From: an uncultured delta proteobacterium
Lineage (GTDB): Bacteria > Desulfobacterota > Desulfomonilia > UBA1062
Assembly (NCBI GenBank): GCA_963785235.1
Contig: CAWAUM010000013.1
Coordinates: forward strand, 173,540-237,539
Reading direction: 5' to 3'
Length of the DNA: 64,000 bases
The notes under the pieces were generated by a model that was given only the letters and a program-made list of their open reading frames with translations, was not told the origin of the DNA and ran no database searches. Shown piece after piece: positions 1 to 10,607 of this stretch. Position 1 is the stretch's first letter. Each line of letters starts with the position of its first letter. The translations under genes and the position numbers were made by a program.

Positions 1-1
1 C

Positions 2-268
2 CCGGACACGGCCCGTGGGCTCGGGATTGCTGATGGCGAGTGGGTGTCTCTGTCATCGCCTAGGGGCTCTGTGGAGATCAGGGCCAGGTATTCGGCCGAC
101 ATGCACCCCAAGGTCGTGCACTCGCCCCATGGGTACTGGTACGGAGTTGAAGACGGCTGGAAAAAGGTAAACATCAACATGATCACCGCTGACGAGCCCC
201 TGTGTCCGGTGACCGGGTCGGTGCCCATCAAGGCCCTCCTGTGCAGGGTTGAAAAACTGACAAAGTGA
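2..268 (+). CDS. Molybdopterin oxidoreductase, C-terminal dinucleotide-binding domain (5' partial)
   Basis: Open from the window edge: PDTARGLGIADGEWVSLSSPRGSVEIRA...HPKVVHSPHGYW...NINMIT...CRVEK, typical DMSO-reductase family C-terminus. Confidence 0.85.
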   Translation, partial: PDTARGLGIADGEWVSLSSPRGSVEIRARYSADMHPKVVHSPHGYWYGVEDGWKKVNINMITADEPLCPVTGSVPIKALLCRVEKLTK

Positions 269-307
269 AGCCTTAACTGTAACGATCCATGAAAAGGGAG
301 GTTCATC

Positions 308-1325
308 ATGAATATACCAGAACAGTTGGCGCCATATGCAGCAAGATTGGGGTTCCCCGGATCCGAGGCCATGGCAAGGATCCTGGCCATACTCTTCGAT
401 GACCCTGACAGTGTCTCTGTTGCCGGGGCCATGCCGGGTTCCGTTGCAGATATATCGGCCAAGACGGGCATGAGTGAACAACGGGTCAGCCAGGTCACCC
501 ACAGGCTCCTGCACAAGGGGGCCATCAGCCGGGTGATCAGCAAAGGGCAATACTTCCGCCTCTTCCCGGCCATGATCGAGCTCCGCGATGCCGTTGTGAT
601 CACCCCGGACTGCCCCCAGGAGCTCTTTGAGCTGTGGGAGGTCATCATCCGCGACGAGATGCCAAAGATCGTGCCCATGATGAAATCGCTCAGTCTCCCC
701 CCCATGCTCAGGGTGATCCCCATAGAAGAAACCGTGGAGAATTCCACGAGGGTTCTGGATGCCGACTCGGCCCGGCAGATAGTCCGCGGCGCATCGCTCA
801 TTACTGCCATCCCCTGCCCGTGCCGCACCCAGGCAGAGCGCGTGGGCAGGACAAAAGACTGCATAGCACCCAAGGGTGTGAGCCTGTGCATGCAGATTAA
901 CGGCTTTGCCGAGGCGGCCCTGGACCGCGGCGTGGGAGAGCGCCTGAGCAATGATGAGGCCTTGAGGCGGTTAACCCTGGCTGAAAAGGCAGGGCTTGTC
1001 CACACGGTCCGTAACAACGTCAAGGACGACATGTTCATGTGCAACTGCTGTCCCTGCTGCTGCACGGCCATGTTCCTCCACAACGCCGTAGGTTACGATG
1101 CCTCTTTTGCCCCTTCGAGGTTCCGTGCTAAGGTTGATGCAGGCATCTGCACCGGTTGCGGTGCATGCGAAGAAAAGTGTTCATTCGATGCCGTCAGCAT
1201 TAAATGAAACGGCGCTTATCGACGAAAAAAAGTGTATGGGGTGCGGCAACTGCGTGCTTGCCTGCCCGGTTGAAGCCATCGCCTTGGATGAGGTACGGCC
1301 GCCCGAGTTCATACGAAGGACATAA
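308..1325 (+). CDS. 4Fe-4S dicluster protein with N-terminal HTH-like region (frameshift near 1202)
   Basis: CPCR, GLVH and CNCCPCCC motifs, then CTGCGACEEKC; second motif CMGCGNCVLACP continues in the +1 frame (ORF 1098..1325). Confidence 0.8.
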
Positions 1326-1353
1326 CCATTAAACAATTAACAGGAGCTTGAAC

Positions 1354-3291
1354 ATGAGTAAACCGACTGTATATAATCATCTGTTTTCTCCCATCACCAT
1401 CGGCACCATGAAGCTTGAGAACAGGGCGGTCATGCCTGCCATGGGTACAGGATACGCTAACATGGACAATACACCGAGCGATCGGTTGATACAGTACCTG
1501 GCCAGACGGGCAAAAGGGGGCACGGGCCTCATCATTACCGAGGTGACCGCTGTAACACAGCGTGGCAAGGGATTCCCCAACGAGCTGGGCATCTGGAATG
1601 ACGATTTCATCGGCCCTCTTTCCAGGATCCCACAGGCCATACACCGGCAAGGCGGCAAGTCAGCGATCCAGCTCCACCATGCCGGCAGGGAGACATTCAA
1701 GGAGGCTGCCGGTGGCATGCCTGAGGCCCCATCTGCCATCCCCAGCGTTATCCTCGGACAGCCCTGCGAGGAGATGAGCATAGATCGCATCCACGAGGTG
1801 ATTGAGTCCTTTGCCTCAGCAACGCTACGGGCTCGCGCAGCAGGGTTCGACGCCGTTGAGATACACAGCGCCCACGGCTACCTTCTGAATCAGTTTCTCT
1901 CCCCTTTTTCCAACCAGAGGCAGGATGCCTACGGCGGATCGGAAGAGAACCGCTCCCGTTTTGTGCTGGAGGTCGTCTCTGCTGCCAGAAAGGCGGTTGG
2001 GAAGGATTTTCCCATCATTGTCCGGGTCTCGGCCGACGAGCTCATCAGGGGCGGATTCGACCTGGAGTTCATGAAACGGTTCGCGCCGCAGCTTGTGAAT
2101 GCCGGGGCTGACGCCCTGCACGTATCGGTAGGTGTTTATTCCACGCCCGGCAGCCTGAGCATAGCCTCCATGGACACGCCTGCGGGTTTCAACCTGTTCA
2201 GGGCCAGGGCCATAAAGGCTCTGGTGAATGTGCCGGTGATCGGGGTGGGCCGCATAAGCCATCCCGAGCTTGCCGAACAGGCTCTGGAAAGGGGTGATGC
2301 CGATCTCATCAGCTTCGGCAGACAGCACCTCACTGACCCTGATTTCATCAGCAAGTCAAAATCCGGCAACCTTGACGATATCAGACCGTGCGTGGCGTGC
2401 AACCAGGGGTGTATCGAACGACTCAGCTTCGAGATGAAATCCGCCACCTGCTCCTTTAACCCGGAATGCGGCCAGGAATTCCGTGGAAATTCATTAGCAG
2501 AGGTCCCCAAAAAGGTGTGGGTGATCGGCGCAGGTCCGGCCGGCCTTTCCGCAGCCCTTGCCGCCTGTGAACGGGGGCACGATGTTGAAGTCTTCGAGCA
2601 GGAAGACTCTGTGGGGGGCCAGCTGCGCTCAGCAAGCAAACCACCGCACAAAGAGGCCTTCTGGACTTGGGTGGAGTGGGCGCTGAGAAGATTAAAGAAC
2701 CGTGGCGTGCCCATCAGACTGAGCAAATCTGTGTCCAGAGAGATGCTCCTTGAGGGCAAGCCCACAGCGGTGATCCTTACCACCGGCGCATATCCAATAA
2801 CAGCCCCCATACAAGGCATCGACGCACCGCATGTCATGGATGCCCGGGATGTCCTTATGGGAAGGGCCACGGCAGCAGGGCCTGTTGTGATCCTGGGCGC
2901 AGGATATGTGGGCATGGAGACAGCCGACTTTCTGGTGGAAAAAGGCCTTGAAACGGTCATTCTCGAGATGCTCTCAACACCGCCTGTAGGCAAGCTGACG
3001 GCCCACGGCTATTGGCTGCATAAGCGTATCAGGGATAAGGGCGGCAAGATGTTCTTCGGGGCAAAGGTCACAAAAATCGGCCAGGGTGCCGTTCACTTCA
3101 TAAAGGCCGACGAAGAAAATACCGTCCCTGCCTCCACAGTCATAACCGCCATGGGCGCCCGCTCAGACATCAGACTCGAGGCAGCGCTCAAGGAGGCAGG
3201 TATCAGCTATACGGTGGCAGGCGACGCCAAAGGTCCCAGGCGCATCCTGGAAGCCATCCATGAAGGGCATCGTGCAGGCAACATGATCTGA
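1354..3291 (+). CDS. NADH:flavin oxidoreductase, old yellow enzyme family (FadH/BaiCD-like)
   Basis: LFSPITIG...NRAVMPAM, HSAHGYLLNQFLSP, CVACNQGC Fe-S motif, VIGAGPAGLSAA FAD motif. Confidence 0.9.
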   Translation: MSKPTVYNHLFSPITIGTMKLENRAVMPAMGTGYANMDNTPSDRLIQYLARRAKGGTGLIITEVTAVTQRGKGFPNELGIWNDDFIGPLSRIPQAIHRQGGKSAIQLHHAGRETFKEAAGGMPEAPSAIPSVILGQPCEEMSIDRIHEVIESFASATLRARAAGFDAVEIHSAHGYLLNQFLSPFSNQRQDAYGGSEENRSRFVLEVVSAARKAVGKDFPIIVRVSADELIRGGFDLEFMKRFAPQLVNAGADALHVSVGVYSTPGSLSIASMDTPAGFNLFRARAIKALVNVPVIGVGRISHPELAEQALERGDADLISFGRQHLTDPDFISKSKSGNLDDIRPCVACNQGCIERLSFEMKSATCSFNPECGQEFRGNSLAEVPKKVWVIGAGPAGLSAALAACERGHDVEVFEQEDSVGGQLRSASKPPHKEAFWTWVEWALRRLKNRGVPIRLSKSVSREMLLEGKPTAVILTTGAYPITAPIQGIDAPHVMDARDVLMGRATAAGPVVILGAGYVGMETADFLVEKGLETVILEMLSTPPVGKLTAHGYWLHKRIRDKGGKMFFGAKVTKIGQGAVHFIKADEENTVPASTVITAMGARSDIRLEAALKEAGISYTVAGDAKGPRRILEAIHEGHRAGNMI

Positions 3292-3483
3292 TGCAAGGTC
3301 AACATGCATCAGCATGTTAAAAAACTGTAAAACCGACTGGTTGTTGGCTTGACCTGGTTGCAATTTATCAGAAAGAGGCCTAAGGTCTGCGGTAGGTTGA
3401 AACCGTGTCAGGGGTAGTCATTTCAGATGGTTCTCTGACGCGACTTTGACTTGAGATATCACGACATCTTATGAGGTTTTGGT

Positions 3484-4389
3484 ATGATTTCACATCTTCC
3501 ACCGACTGCACGAGGGGTCATTTCCATCTCGCTCGTTATCATGAATACCCTCTTCTGGGCCACGCCCATACACATCTTTGCACTCACCAAGCTGCTCATC
3601 CGCTCTGATTCATGGCAGCGTCAATGTGCAAAGGCGATCATGTTCTTCGGCAGCTGCTGGATCGTGGGCATGAATACGATCATGCGCACAACCCAGCCCA
3701 CCAGATATGACATAGAGGGCCTTGAGGGACTCAGCAAGAACCAGTGGTACTTCATCAACTGCAACCACCAGTCATGGGCCGATATACTGATCCTGTTCAT
3801 AACCTTCCACGGATCTGTCCCGTTCCTGAAATTTTTCATCAAGAAGGAACTCTTCAAGGTCCCTGTCATGGGTACTGCCTGGTGGGCTCTGGACTACCCC
3901 TTCATGGAGCGATTCTCCAAGGAATATCTCAAGAAGAACCCGCACATGAAGGGAAAGGACTTTGAAACTACAAGGAAGGCATGCGAGCGCTACCGTCACA
4001 CCCCGGTCTCTATTCTGAACTTCATCGAAGGGACCAGGTTCACCAAGGAAAAACATGACCGGCAGGAGTCTCCCTACCGGCATCTTCTCCGGCCCAAGGC
4101 TGGCGGGTTCGCCTTTGCCCTGGGTGCCATGGACGGGAAGATCTCGAATATCCTGGATGTCACCATCATCTATTCCCAGAGGCCAGGCTCCTTCTGGGAC
4201 TATCTGTGCGGACGCGTAGACTGGATCAGTGTAAAGGTCAAAAAGATGCCGGTACCTCAAGAATTTCTCAGTGGTGACTATCAGAACGATGAAGTATTCA
4301 GGGACCGCATCCAGACCTGGGTCAGCGACCTCTGGCAGGAAAAGGACAACCTCATGGAACAGCATAAGGACGAACACCCGAGGCGTTAA
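3484..4389 (+). CDS. PlsC/YihG-family acyltransferase
   Basis: NHQSWAD (HxxxxD), FIEGTRFT, LLRPKAGG. Confidence 0.88.
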   Translation: MISHLPPTARGVISISLVIMNTLFWATPIHIFALTKLLIRSDSWQRQCAKAIMFFGSCWIVGMNTIMRTTQPTRYDIEGLEGLSKNQWYFINCNHQSWADILILFITFHGSVPFLKFFIKKELFKVPVMGTAWWALDYPFMERFSKEYLKKNPHMKGKDFETTRKACERYRHTPVSILNFIEGTRFTKEKHDRQESPYRHLLRPKAGGFAFALGAMDGKISNILDVTIIYSQRPGSFWDYLCGRVDWISVKVKKMPVPQEFLSGDYQNDEVFRDRIQTWVSDLWQEKDNLMEQHKDEHPRR

Positions 4390-4466
4390 GACCATAGTAA
4401 AACCTCTTTCCCTCATTCAAGACTGATCTGCGGCATCTTCGGATTTCAGCGGTTATCCTTTTTTAT

Positions 4467-4676
4467 TCCGGATATTGCGCTTAAGATGAGTAAAAACCTT
4501 TTTCCGTTCAAAACCTTTATCTTGCAGCCTGGTGAGGGATGCAGAATTTATTGGTCCTTCAAGGCTGCAAGATAAAGGTTTTGAACGGACCTATAAAAAA
4601 TAATACCATGGTCATAATGAGTTATATGCTTAAGTACATGGAGCATGTGCGGGTACATTCAACTGCAATATCCGGA
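4467..4676. mobile_element. MITE-like element, copy A (contains a 28-bp hairpin)
   Basis: 12-bp perfect TIR TCCGGATATTGC/GCAATATCCGGA; 5-bp flanking direct repeat TTTAT (4462-4466, 4677-4681); homologous to 22096-22202. Confidence 0.75.
4503..4589. repeat. 28-bp perfect inverted repeat with 31-nt loop
   Basis: TCCGTTCAAAACCTTTATCTTGCAGCCT (4503-4530) and its reverse complement (4562-4589); second copy at 16394-16478. Confidence 0.92.
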
Positions 4677-4765
4677 TTTATAAAAAGCTGTTTGAAAAAG
4701 AATCAGGTACATTATACTATCCAAAGGAACAAATGCACTTTTTTGAGTTCACTTAAGGGGGCTCC

Positions 4766-5971
4766 ATGCAGGCTAAGAAATCGAACAAACGGTTCTTCGC
4801 TTCCCAGGCATTCCACTACCAGACCTTACGCACATTGGGCCACTCTGCGGCCTTTGGGGCAAACCCCGGCGAGTGCCTGGCCACCATCAACTCCATCCGT
4901 AATGCAGATCCTGAAAGCTGGTATGAGTCCTGGCATGAATCCGGCCGGAAATGTGAAAACATGGCCGCAGCATCAGGGGACACCATAGGCCGGGGCAAGG
5001 CGCTTCTGCGTGCATCAAACTACTTCCGCACAAGCGAGTTCTTCCTGTCTCCCTTGGACACCAGGCGGCAGGCCGTTTATCGTGAGAGCGCGAATGCCTT
5101 TATCAGGGCACTGCAGGTGTTGAGCATACCTCACAAAATCTGGAAGATACCCTATGAGCGGACCTCCATGAGGGCCTTTTATTTTCCAGGTGATGCGGGC
5201 AAACCCGTCATCATTGCCTGCGGAGGATATGACTCCACCCTTGAAGAGCTCTTTTTCTGGATTGCGTCTGCAGCGAGGGACAGAGGCTACCCTTGCGTTA
5301 TTTTCGAGGGTCCCGGCCAGTCCAACATGATTCGTGAATACGACATGAAGTTCACCCACATGTGGGAAAAACCGGTTACAACATTGCTGGATTATATGCA
5401 GTGGGACGCCACCGAGCTTACCGGTCAGAAGAAGATCCTCCTGGGCATCAGTATGGGTGCAATGCTGGCGTTGAGGGCAGCAGCCATTGAGAAGCGCATC
5501 CATGCAGCGGCAGGATTAGGAGGGTTCTTCAGCATGAAGGATGCGGCCCTTGCCCAGATCCCTCCCATGGGGAGGTTCCTCTACCGGCTCAAATTCAAAG
5601 ACATGTTCAACAGGTTTGCGTCGCTGAAGGCATCACACGACATGGGCAAACGATGGGCGCTGAACAACGGATACTGGACAATCGGCGCGGACACGCCGTT
5701 CGATCTCCTTGAAAAAACCGACCCATTCAGCCTCACTGAGGTGGCGGACAAGATCACCTGTGACGTGCTCATCATGTCCTCGGATAAAGATCACCTCATC
5801 CCCACCAGTGAGGCCGGACGGTTCAAGCAGCACATAAAGAACGCCCGGAGCATCCAGGTGCATTGTTCCCTGGACGATGACGGCGCCGGCGAGCACTGCC
5901 TGGCAGGGGCCACTGAGCTTTTCCACCAGGTTTTCTTTGCATGGGTTGAAGGCCTTTTCCGGAAGGAGTAA
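4766..5971 (+). CDS. Alpha/beta hydrolase (2,6-dihydropseudooxynicotine hydrolase/FrsA-like)
   Basis: GGYDSTLEE, FEGPGQ, GISMG nucleophile elbow, GAGEHC catalytic His. Confidence 0.85.
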   Translation: MQAKKSNKRFFASQAFHYQTLRTLGHSAAFGANPGECLATINSIRNADPESWYESWHESGRKCENMAAASGDTIGRGKALLRASNYFRTSEFFLSPLDTRRQAVYRESANAFIRALQVLSIPHKIWKIPYERTSMRAFYFPGDAGKPVIIACGGYDSTLEELFFWIASAARDRGYPCVIFEGPGQSNMIREYDMKFTHMWEKPVTTLLDYMQWDATELTGQKKILLGISMGAMLALRAAAIEKRIHAAAGLGGFFSMKDAALAQIPPMGRFLYRLKFKDMFNRFASLKASHDMGKRWALNNGYWTIGADTPFDLLEKTDPFSLTEVADKITCDVLIMSSDKDHLIPTSEAGRFKQHIKNARSIQVHCSLDDDGAGEHCLAGATELFHQVFFAWVEGLFRKE

Positions 5972-6073
5972 TAGTATTCACGTTTCGCTTGACACGGGAA
6001 AGAGGATGCCTGTATCAACCCAAGGAATCATACAGCATGACGCTGAGACTACAAGGCAAGGAGACCCTCCCCC

Positions 6074-6811
6074 ATGATAAAAGAAGATCGCGAAAGCACA
6101 CTGGTACTCATTAAGCCCGATGCCCTGAAAAATTCACTGACAGGGTATATCCTTTCCATGCTCTCGGAATTTCATACCGGGTTGCGTTTCGCTGGGACAA
6201 AGATCGTATCCGTCAGCACGCTGCTTGCCGAGGAACATTACGAAGAACACCGGGGAAAATTCTTCTACCCCTCTTTGCTTGAGTATATAACCGGGCGGCT
6301 CCATTATCCTGACGAACCGCTAAAGCGCAGGGTCATTGCCTTTGTCTACCAGGGTCCGGGCGCAATCAAAAAGATACGGGACATCGCAGGGCCCACAAAC
6401 GCCCATGATGCACGCGTGCAGAAGCCCGGATGCATTCGCGCACTGGGCACTGTGGTGCCGGTGAAGGATGAGTCAGGCAAATTTATCGGCGACAGGGTGG
6501 ACAATCTTATCCATGCCTCAGCCAATACCTCCGATGCAGAGCGCGAAATTAAATTATGGTTCAGGCCCACAGACATACCGCCATACATGCGCGACTATGC
6601 TACTGAGGTGTGCGACAAGCTTTATTATTACAAAGACAATGCCATTTCAGCAGACCATGTTGCGGGCAGTATCGGGTTCCTGGCGCCGGGCGACCTTGCA
6701 TGGAAATCCGATCTTGATGCTATACAATGCCACCTGAAGGGCGAAAAAACCGAGTGTTCAGTAAAAACGGTGGTGGCAAAATACCTGATAAACATGGAGA
6801 GCATAGACTGA
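6074..6811 (+). CDS. ndk: Nucleoside-diphosphate kinase with C-terminal extension
   Basis: TLVLIKPDA, HYEEH, GPTN, PGCIR, NLIHAS active site, EREIKLWF. Confidence 0.85.
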   Translation: MIKEDRESTLVLIKPDALKNSLTGYILSMLSEFHTGLRFAGTKIVSVSTLLAEEHYEEHRGKFFYPSLLEYITGRLHYPDEPLKRRVIAFVYQGPGAIKKIRDIAGPTNAHDARVQKPGCIRALGTVVPVKDESGKFIGDRVDNLIHASANTSDAEREIKLWFRPTDIPPYMRDYATEVCDKLYYYKDNAISADHVAGSIGFLAPGDLAWKSDLDAIQCHLKGEKTECSVKTVVAKYLINMESID

Positions 6812-6871
6812 CTAAGGCATCTGTGCTCCTGAGCCTGGCTGCATCCTGATTATCCATTGTCTGGAGGTGTA

Positions 6872-7453
6872 ATGAAGCGATTACGCGAACTGCTGCTCAT
6901 GGATGATCACGTATGCCCGTGGTGGCTCGCCTACACCTTTGACAACCCCATCAGACGCATCCTCCACCCACCGGACAAGGTCCTTGGAGGCCTTGTCCAC
7001 CAAGGCTTTACAGCACTCGACATCGGGTGCGGCATGGGCCACTTCACCATGGGCATGGCAAAAATGGTGGGAGATCAGGGCCTGGTCATTGCCGTAGATA
7101 TCCAGGAGCAGATGCTGGAAAGGGTTAAGAGGCGCGCCATACATCAGGGGCTGTCAGGGCGGATCATCCTGCACAAGGGCTATGTGGAAGGTCTTGAGAT
7201 GAAGGGCCAGGTGGACTTTGCCCTGGCGTTCTGGATGGTCCATGAGGTGCCTGACCAGCTGGCATTCTTCAAGGCCGTAAAAGACCTGCTCAAACCTGAC
7301 GGGCGTTTCCTGGTGGCTGAGCCGAAAATCCATACGAGTGAAGCTGACTTGGACAGGTCATTGAAGATAGCATCCCAGGCAGGACTGGCTGTCTGTGCCA
7401 ACCCGGGCATTCCCATAAGCAGGACCGCATTACTCACCCATCAGGGGCAGTGA
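6872..7453 (+). CDS. Class I SAM-dependent methyltransferase
   Basis: LDIGCGMG motif I, AVDIQ, MVHEVPD; GGAGG RBS before ATG 6872. Confidence 0.88.
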   Translation: MKRLRELLLMDDHVCPWWLAYTFDNPIRRILHPPDKVLGGLVHQGFTALDIGCGMGHFTMGMAKMVGDQGLVIAVDIQEQMLERVKRRAIHQGLSGRIILHKGYVEGLEMKGQVDFALAFWMVHEVPDQLAFFKAVKDLLKPDGRFLVAEPKIHTSEADLDRSLKIASQAGLAVCANPGIPISRTALLTHQGQ

Positions 7454-7454
7454 T

Positions 7455-7583
7455 ATGGCAGGAGAAAAGGTAACACACCGCCAGAAGGACATCTCAAGGC
7501 TCATCAAGGAACGAAGCAATATCTCCAAGGACAAGATCAAGCGGGACAAGGGGAAAGAGAAACCCGGAAAAAGATTCAGATAG
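7455..7583 (+). CDS. Possible small basic protein (42 aa)
   Basis: MAGEKVTHRQKDISRLIKERSNISKDKIKRDKGKEKPGKRFR; starts 1 nt after the methyltransferase stop, AGGGG upstream. Confidence 0.45.
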   Translation: MAGEKVTHRQKDISRLIKERSNISKDKIKRDKGKEKPGKRFR

Positions 7584-7699
7584 ACTCCTGCATACCTCTT
7601 GAGAAAACCATGTAGGAGGTGTTCTCGGAGGTGTCGTCTACCGTATATTAAGATACTCGAAGGGATAATTTTAAAAGACGGCATCTGGGGGTAAACCCG

Positions 7700-8527
7700 T
7701 CATACCCCTATTGCACAGGCAACCTCATGACCGGTAAAGGGGCACTGAAATTCCAACACACAGGCAACGAGCCTCATGGGTTTTCCATCTTTATTGCCTT
7801 TCCCGTAGCGGGAGTCACCCATGACAGGGTGTCCTATTGAAGCAAGGTGCCGGCGGATCTGGTGAAGCCTGCCGGTTTCGATCTCCACCAGGAGTGTTGA
7901 TACGTTGGCGTTAGGATCGCGGGAGAGCACCGAGTATCTTGTCAAGGCAGACCTTTGGTCAAGGGGGGTGTCAATGTTCCCCTGGTCCGGTTCCAAGAGA
8001 CCAAGGACCTCTGTTTGATAGCGCTTTGTTATTGCACGGCCCTGGAAGAGTTCTGAGAGTTTCCCTGCGGCCTGAGAGGTATGTGCAACCAGGACCAGCC
8101 CCTGGGCCTCCCGGTCGAGACGATGAACAGGATAGACATCCCTCCTTGGTGAAAACGACAACTCTACCTGCCGCAGAAGCGAGCAGTGGTCACCATATTC
8201 CGTGCCCTGGGTGAGGAGGCCGGCCGGCTTGTCCCATATGCTGTAGTGCCTGAGGTCCATTAAACAGCGAGCCTGGGGCAGGTCAATGGAAAGGATGGCC
8301 TGGTCGTAATAGAGCTCGACAACATCTCCTTGTTTCAGAACGGATGTGGCCCTCCTCAAACGTTCACGCCCCCTTCCCCTCCTGCAGATCCATGCTGCAC
8401 CTTTGATCATGGCGTCCTTGATGCGCGCCTTCGGCAAGCCGGAGTGAAGGGCAAGAAATTCGCAGGCCCCAAAAGGATCTCCCGCGATAACTGTCTTATT
8501 TATTAGGATCTTACCTTGTGTATCCAT
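7700..8527 (-). CDS. RluA-family RNA pseudouridine synthase
   Basis: DKPAGL, VHRLDR catalytic Asp, ETGRLHQIR, HPVMGDSRYG. Confidence 0.92.
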   Translation of the reverse strand: MDTQGKILINKTVIAGDPFGACEFLALHSGLPKARIKDAMIKGAAWICRRGRGRERLRRATSVLKQGDVVELYYDQAILSIDLPQARCLMDLRHYSIWDKPAGLLTQGTEYGDHCSLLRQVELSFSPRRDVYPVHRLDREAQGLVLVAHTSQAAGKLSELFQGRAITKRYQTEVLGLLEPDQGNIDTPLDQRSALTRYSVLSRDPNANVSTLLVEIETGRLHQIRRHLASIGHPVMGDSRYGKGNKDGKPMRLVACVLEFQCPFTGHEVACAIGV

Positions 8528-8589
8528 GGATATACTTTAAACTCAGCTTCTCTTAGGGAACCTCATGCCGATGCGGTTTTCTCGTCTTT

Positions 8590-10386
8590 TCAGACTGTAT
8601 CCATAAGGGCCTTGATCTCGTCGTGATCGATTTTTTCCTTCTCCAGAAGCAGCTGCGCGCCTTTGACCAGGGTATCCCTCCTGGCTTTGAGGATGCCCAT
8701 GGCGACCTTGTACTGGGAGGAGATGATCCCCTGGATCTCGCTGTCTATGGCCTGGGCCGTGGATTCGCTGTAATCCCCGCGGTTCTCCATGCCGAAATCC
8801 ATGAGCTGTGAGCGTCTGTCATGTGCCAGATAGACCTGGCCGAGCGATTCGCTCATGCCGTATTGCTTGACCATGCTCTTGGCGATATCCGTGGCACGGG
8901 ACAGGTCATTGTGGGCCCCTGTGGATATATCGCTGAAGATGATCTCCTCTGCGGCCCTGCCGCCAAGCAGTGATGCGATCTTGTTCTGGAGCTCAGTCTT
9001 GCTCATGAGGAACCTGTCCTCGGTGGGAACCTGCATGGTGTAACCCAGCGCGGCAATACCCCGGGGGATGATGGATATCTTCTGCACCGGATCGGTGCCG
9101 GGCAGGCTCATGGCGACAATGGCATGGCCCATCTCATGGTGCGCCACCACGTCCCTCTCATGAGGATTGATGACCCGGTTCTTTTTCTCGAGCCCGCCGA
9201 TGATACGTTCCACTGCCTCCTGAAACTCACTCATGCCCACGAGCTTCTTGTTCCGCCTGACAGCGAGCAGTGCCGCCTCATTTGCGAGGTTTGCCAGGTC
9301 GGCGCCCACCATGCCGGGTGTCATGGCTGCAAGCTTCTCGATATCCACATCGGGTTCGGTTTTGACTGTGCGCAGGTGAACTTTGAGGATGTCCTCTCTC
9401 CCTTTTTTATCGGGGCGATCCACCAGGATATGGCGGTCGAACCTTCCCGGCCTTAGCAAAGCCGGGTCAAGGATCTCGGGCCGGTTGGTGGCTGCCATGA
9501 GGATGACACCCACCTTAGAGTCAAAGCCGTCCATCTCCACCAGGAGCTGGTTGAGGGTCTGCTCGCGCTCGTCATGACCTCCGGTCATGCCGCCGAAGCC
9601 CCGAGCCTTGCCCAGGGCATCGAGCTCATCGATGAAGATGATGCAGGGGGCCTTCTCCTTGGCCTGTACGAAGAGGTCTCTCACCCGGGCGGCGCCAAGC
9701 CCCACGAACATCTCTACAAAATCCGACCCGCTCATGCTGAAGAACGGCACACCGCTTTCCCCGGCCACGGCTTTTGCCAGCAGGGTCTTGCCGGTGCCCG
9801 GGGGCCCTACCAGCAGGATGCCCTTGGGGACCTTTCCTCCAAGCTCTCCGAACTTCGCAGGGTTCTTCAGGAAGTCGATGACCTCCACAAGCTCCTGCTC
9901 CGCCTCGTCCACACCGGCCACATCGGTGAATCTCACATTGAGCTCGTTTTCCATATAGATTTTGGCCTTGTTCTTGCCCAGCGACATGAAGCCCGGCTGC
10001 TGGCCCCCCATGCGTTTCATGAGGAAGTACCAGATTCCGATGAACAGAAATATGGGCAGTACCCAGGAGATGATATCGCGGACAAAGGTGGATTCGATTT
10101 CACCTTTGAAGGTGACGTTATACTGCTCGAGTGTCTTGGAGAGCTCCTGGTCCACTCGTACGGTTTTGAAATCTACGACCTTCCCGGCGGAATCCTTCAT
10201 CTTGCCCTGGATCTTGTCCAGAGATACCGCGATCTCGGTGACCTTGCCTGTTTTGAGCAACGTCATGAACTGGCTGTAGGGGATGGTCTTGGCGGCATAC
10301 ATGGATGCTATGTAGCTCTGGACTATGAGAACCACCCACACCCCTATCAGGATGTAAAAGACAGAAAATTTATGCTTCTTCTCCAA
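8590..10386 (-). CDS. ftsH: ATP-dependent zinc metalloprotease FtsH
   Basis: Two TM segments, [29 protein letters not shown] zinc motif. Confidence 0.95.
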   Translation of the reverse strand: MEKKHKFSVFYILIGVWVVLIVQSYIASMYAAKTIPYSQFMTLLKTGKVTEIAVSLDKIQGKMKDSAGKVVDFKTVRVDQELSKTLEQYNVTFKGEIESTFVRDIISWVLPIFLFIGIWYFLMKRMGGQQPGFMSLGKNKAKIYMENELNVRFTDVAGVDEAEQELVEVIDFLKNPAKFGELGGKVPKGILLVGPPGTGKTLLAKAVAGESGVPFFSMSGSDFVEMFVGLGAARVRDLFVQAKEKAPCIIFIDELDALGKARGFGGMTGGHDEREQTLNQLLVEMDGFDSKVGVILMAATNRPEILDPALLRPGRFDRHILVDRPDKKGREDILKVHLRTVKTEPDVDIEKLAAMTPGMVGADLANLANEAALLAVRRNKKLVGMSEFQEAVERIIGGLEKKNRVINPHERDVVAHHEMGHAIVAMSLPGTDPVQKISIIPRGIAALGYTMQVPTEDRFLMSKTELQNKIASLLGGRAAEEIIFSDISTGAHNDLSRATDIAKSMVKQYGMSESLGQVYLAHDRRSQLMDFGMENRGDYSESTAQAIDSEIQGIISSQYKVAMGILKARRDTLVKGAQLLLEKEKIDHDEIKALMDTV

Positions 10387-10607
10387 GTATTGTTTTCTCC
10401 TTCATGTATGGCTTTTGGTGTAGTCGCTATTACTATAGTAACTGCACTGCCATTGTACTTCAAGATGTTATGATCTGCAAACATTTGGGATAATGTGTCA
10501 CTCCCTTTGGCAAGGGGGGGATAGAAGGTTTTTTAAACTAAAATCCATGGGTGAACCGCTCTCTACCTCGAATACATCTAATACCTATGATTCAGGAGGA
10601 ATAAAAG

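Noticed and set aside
4539-4766. 149-aa ORF 4539..4988 and similar ORFs at 16470 and 21958
   Set aside because: They run through MITE or hairpin DNA and overlap real genes
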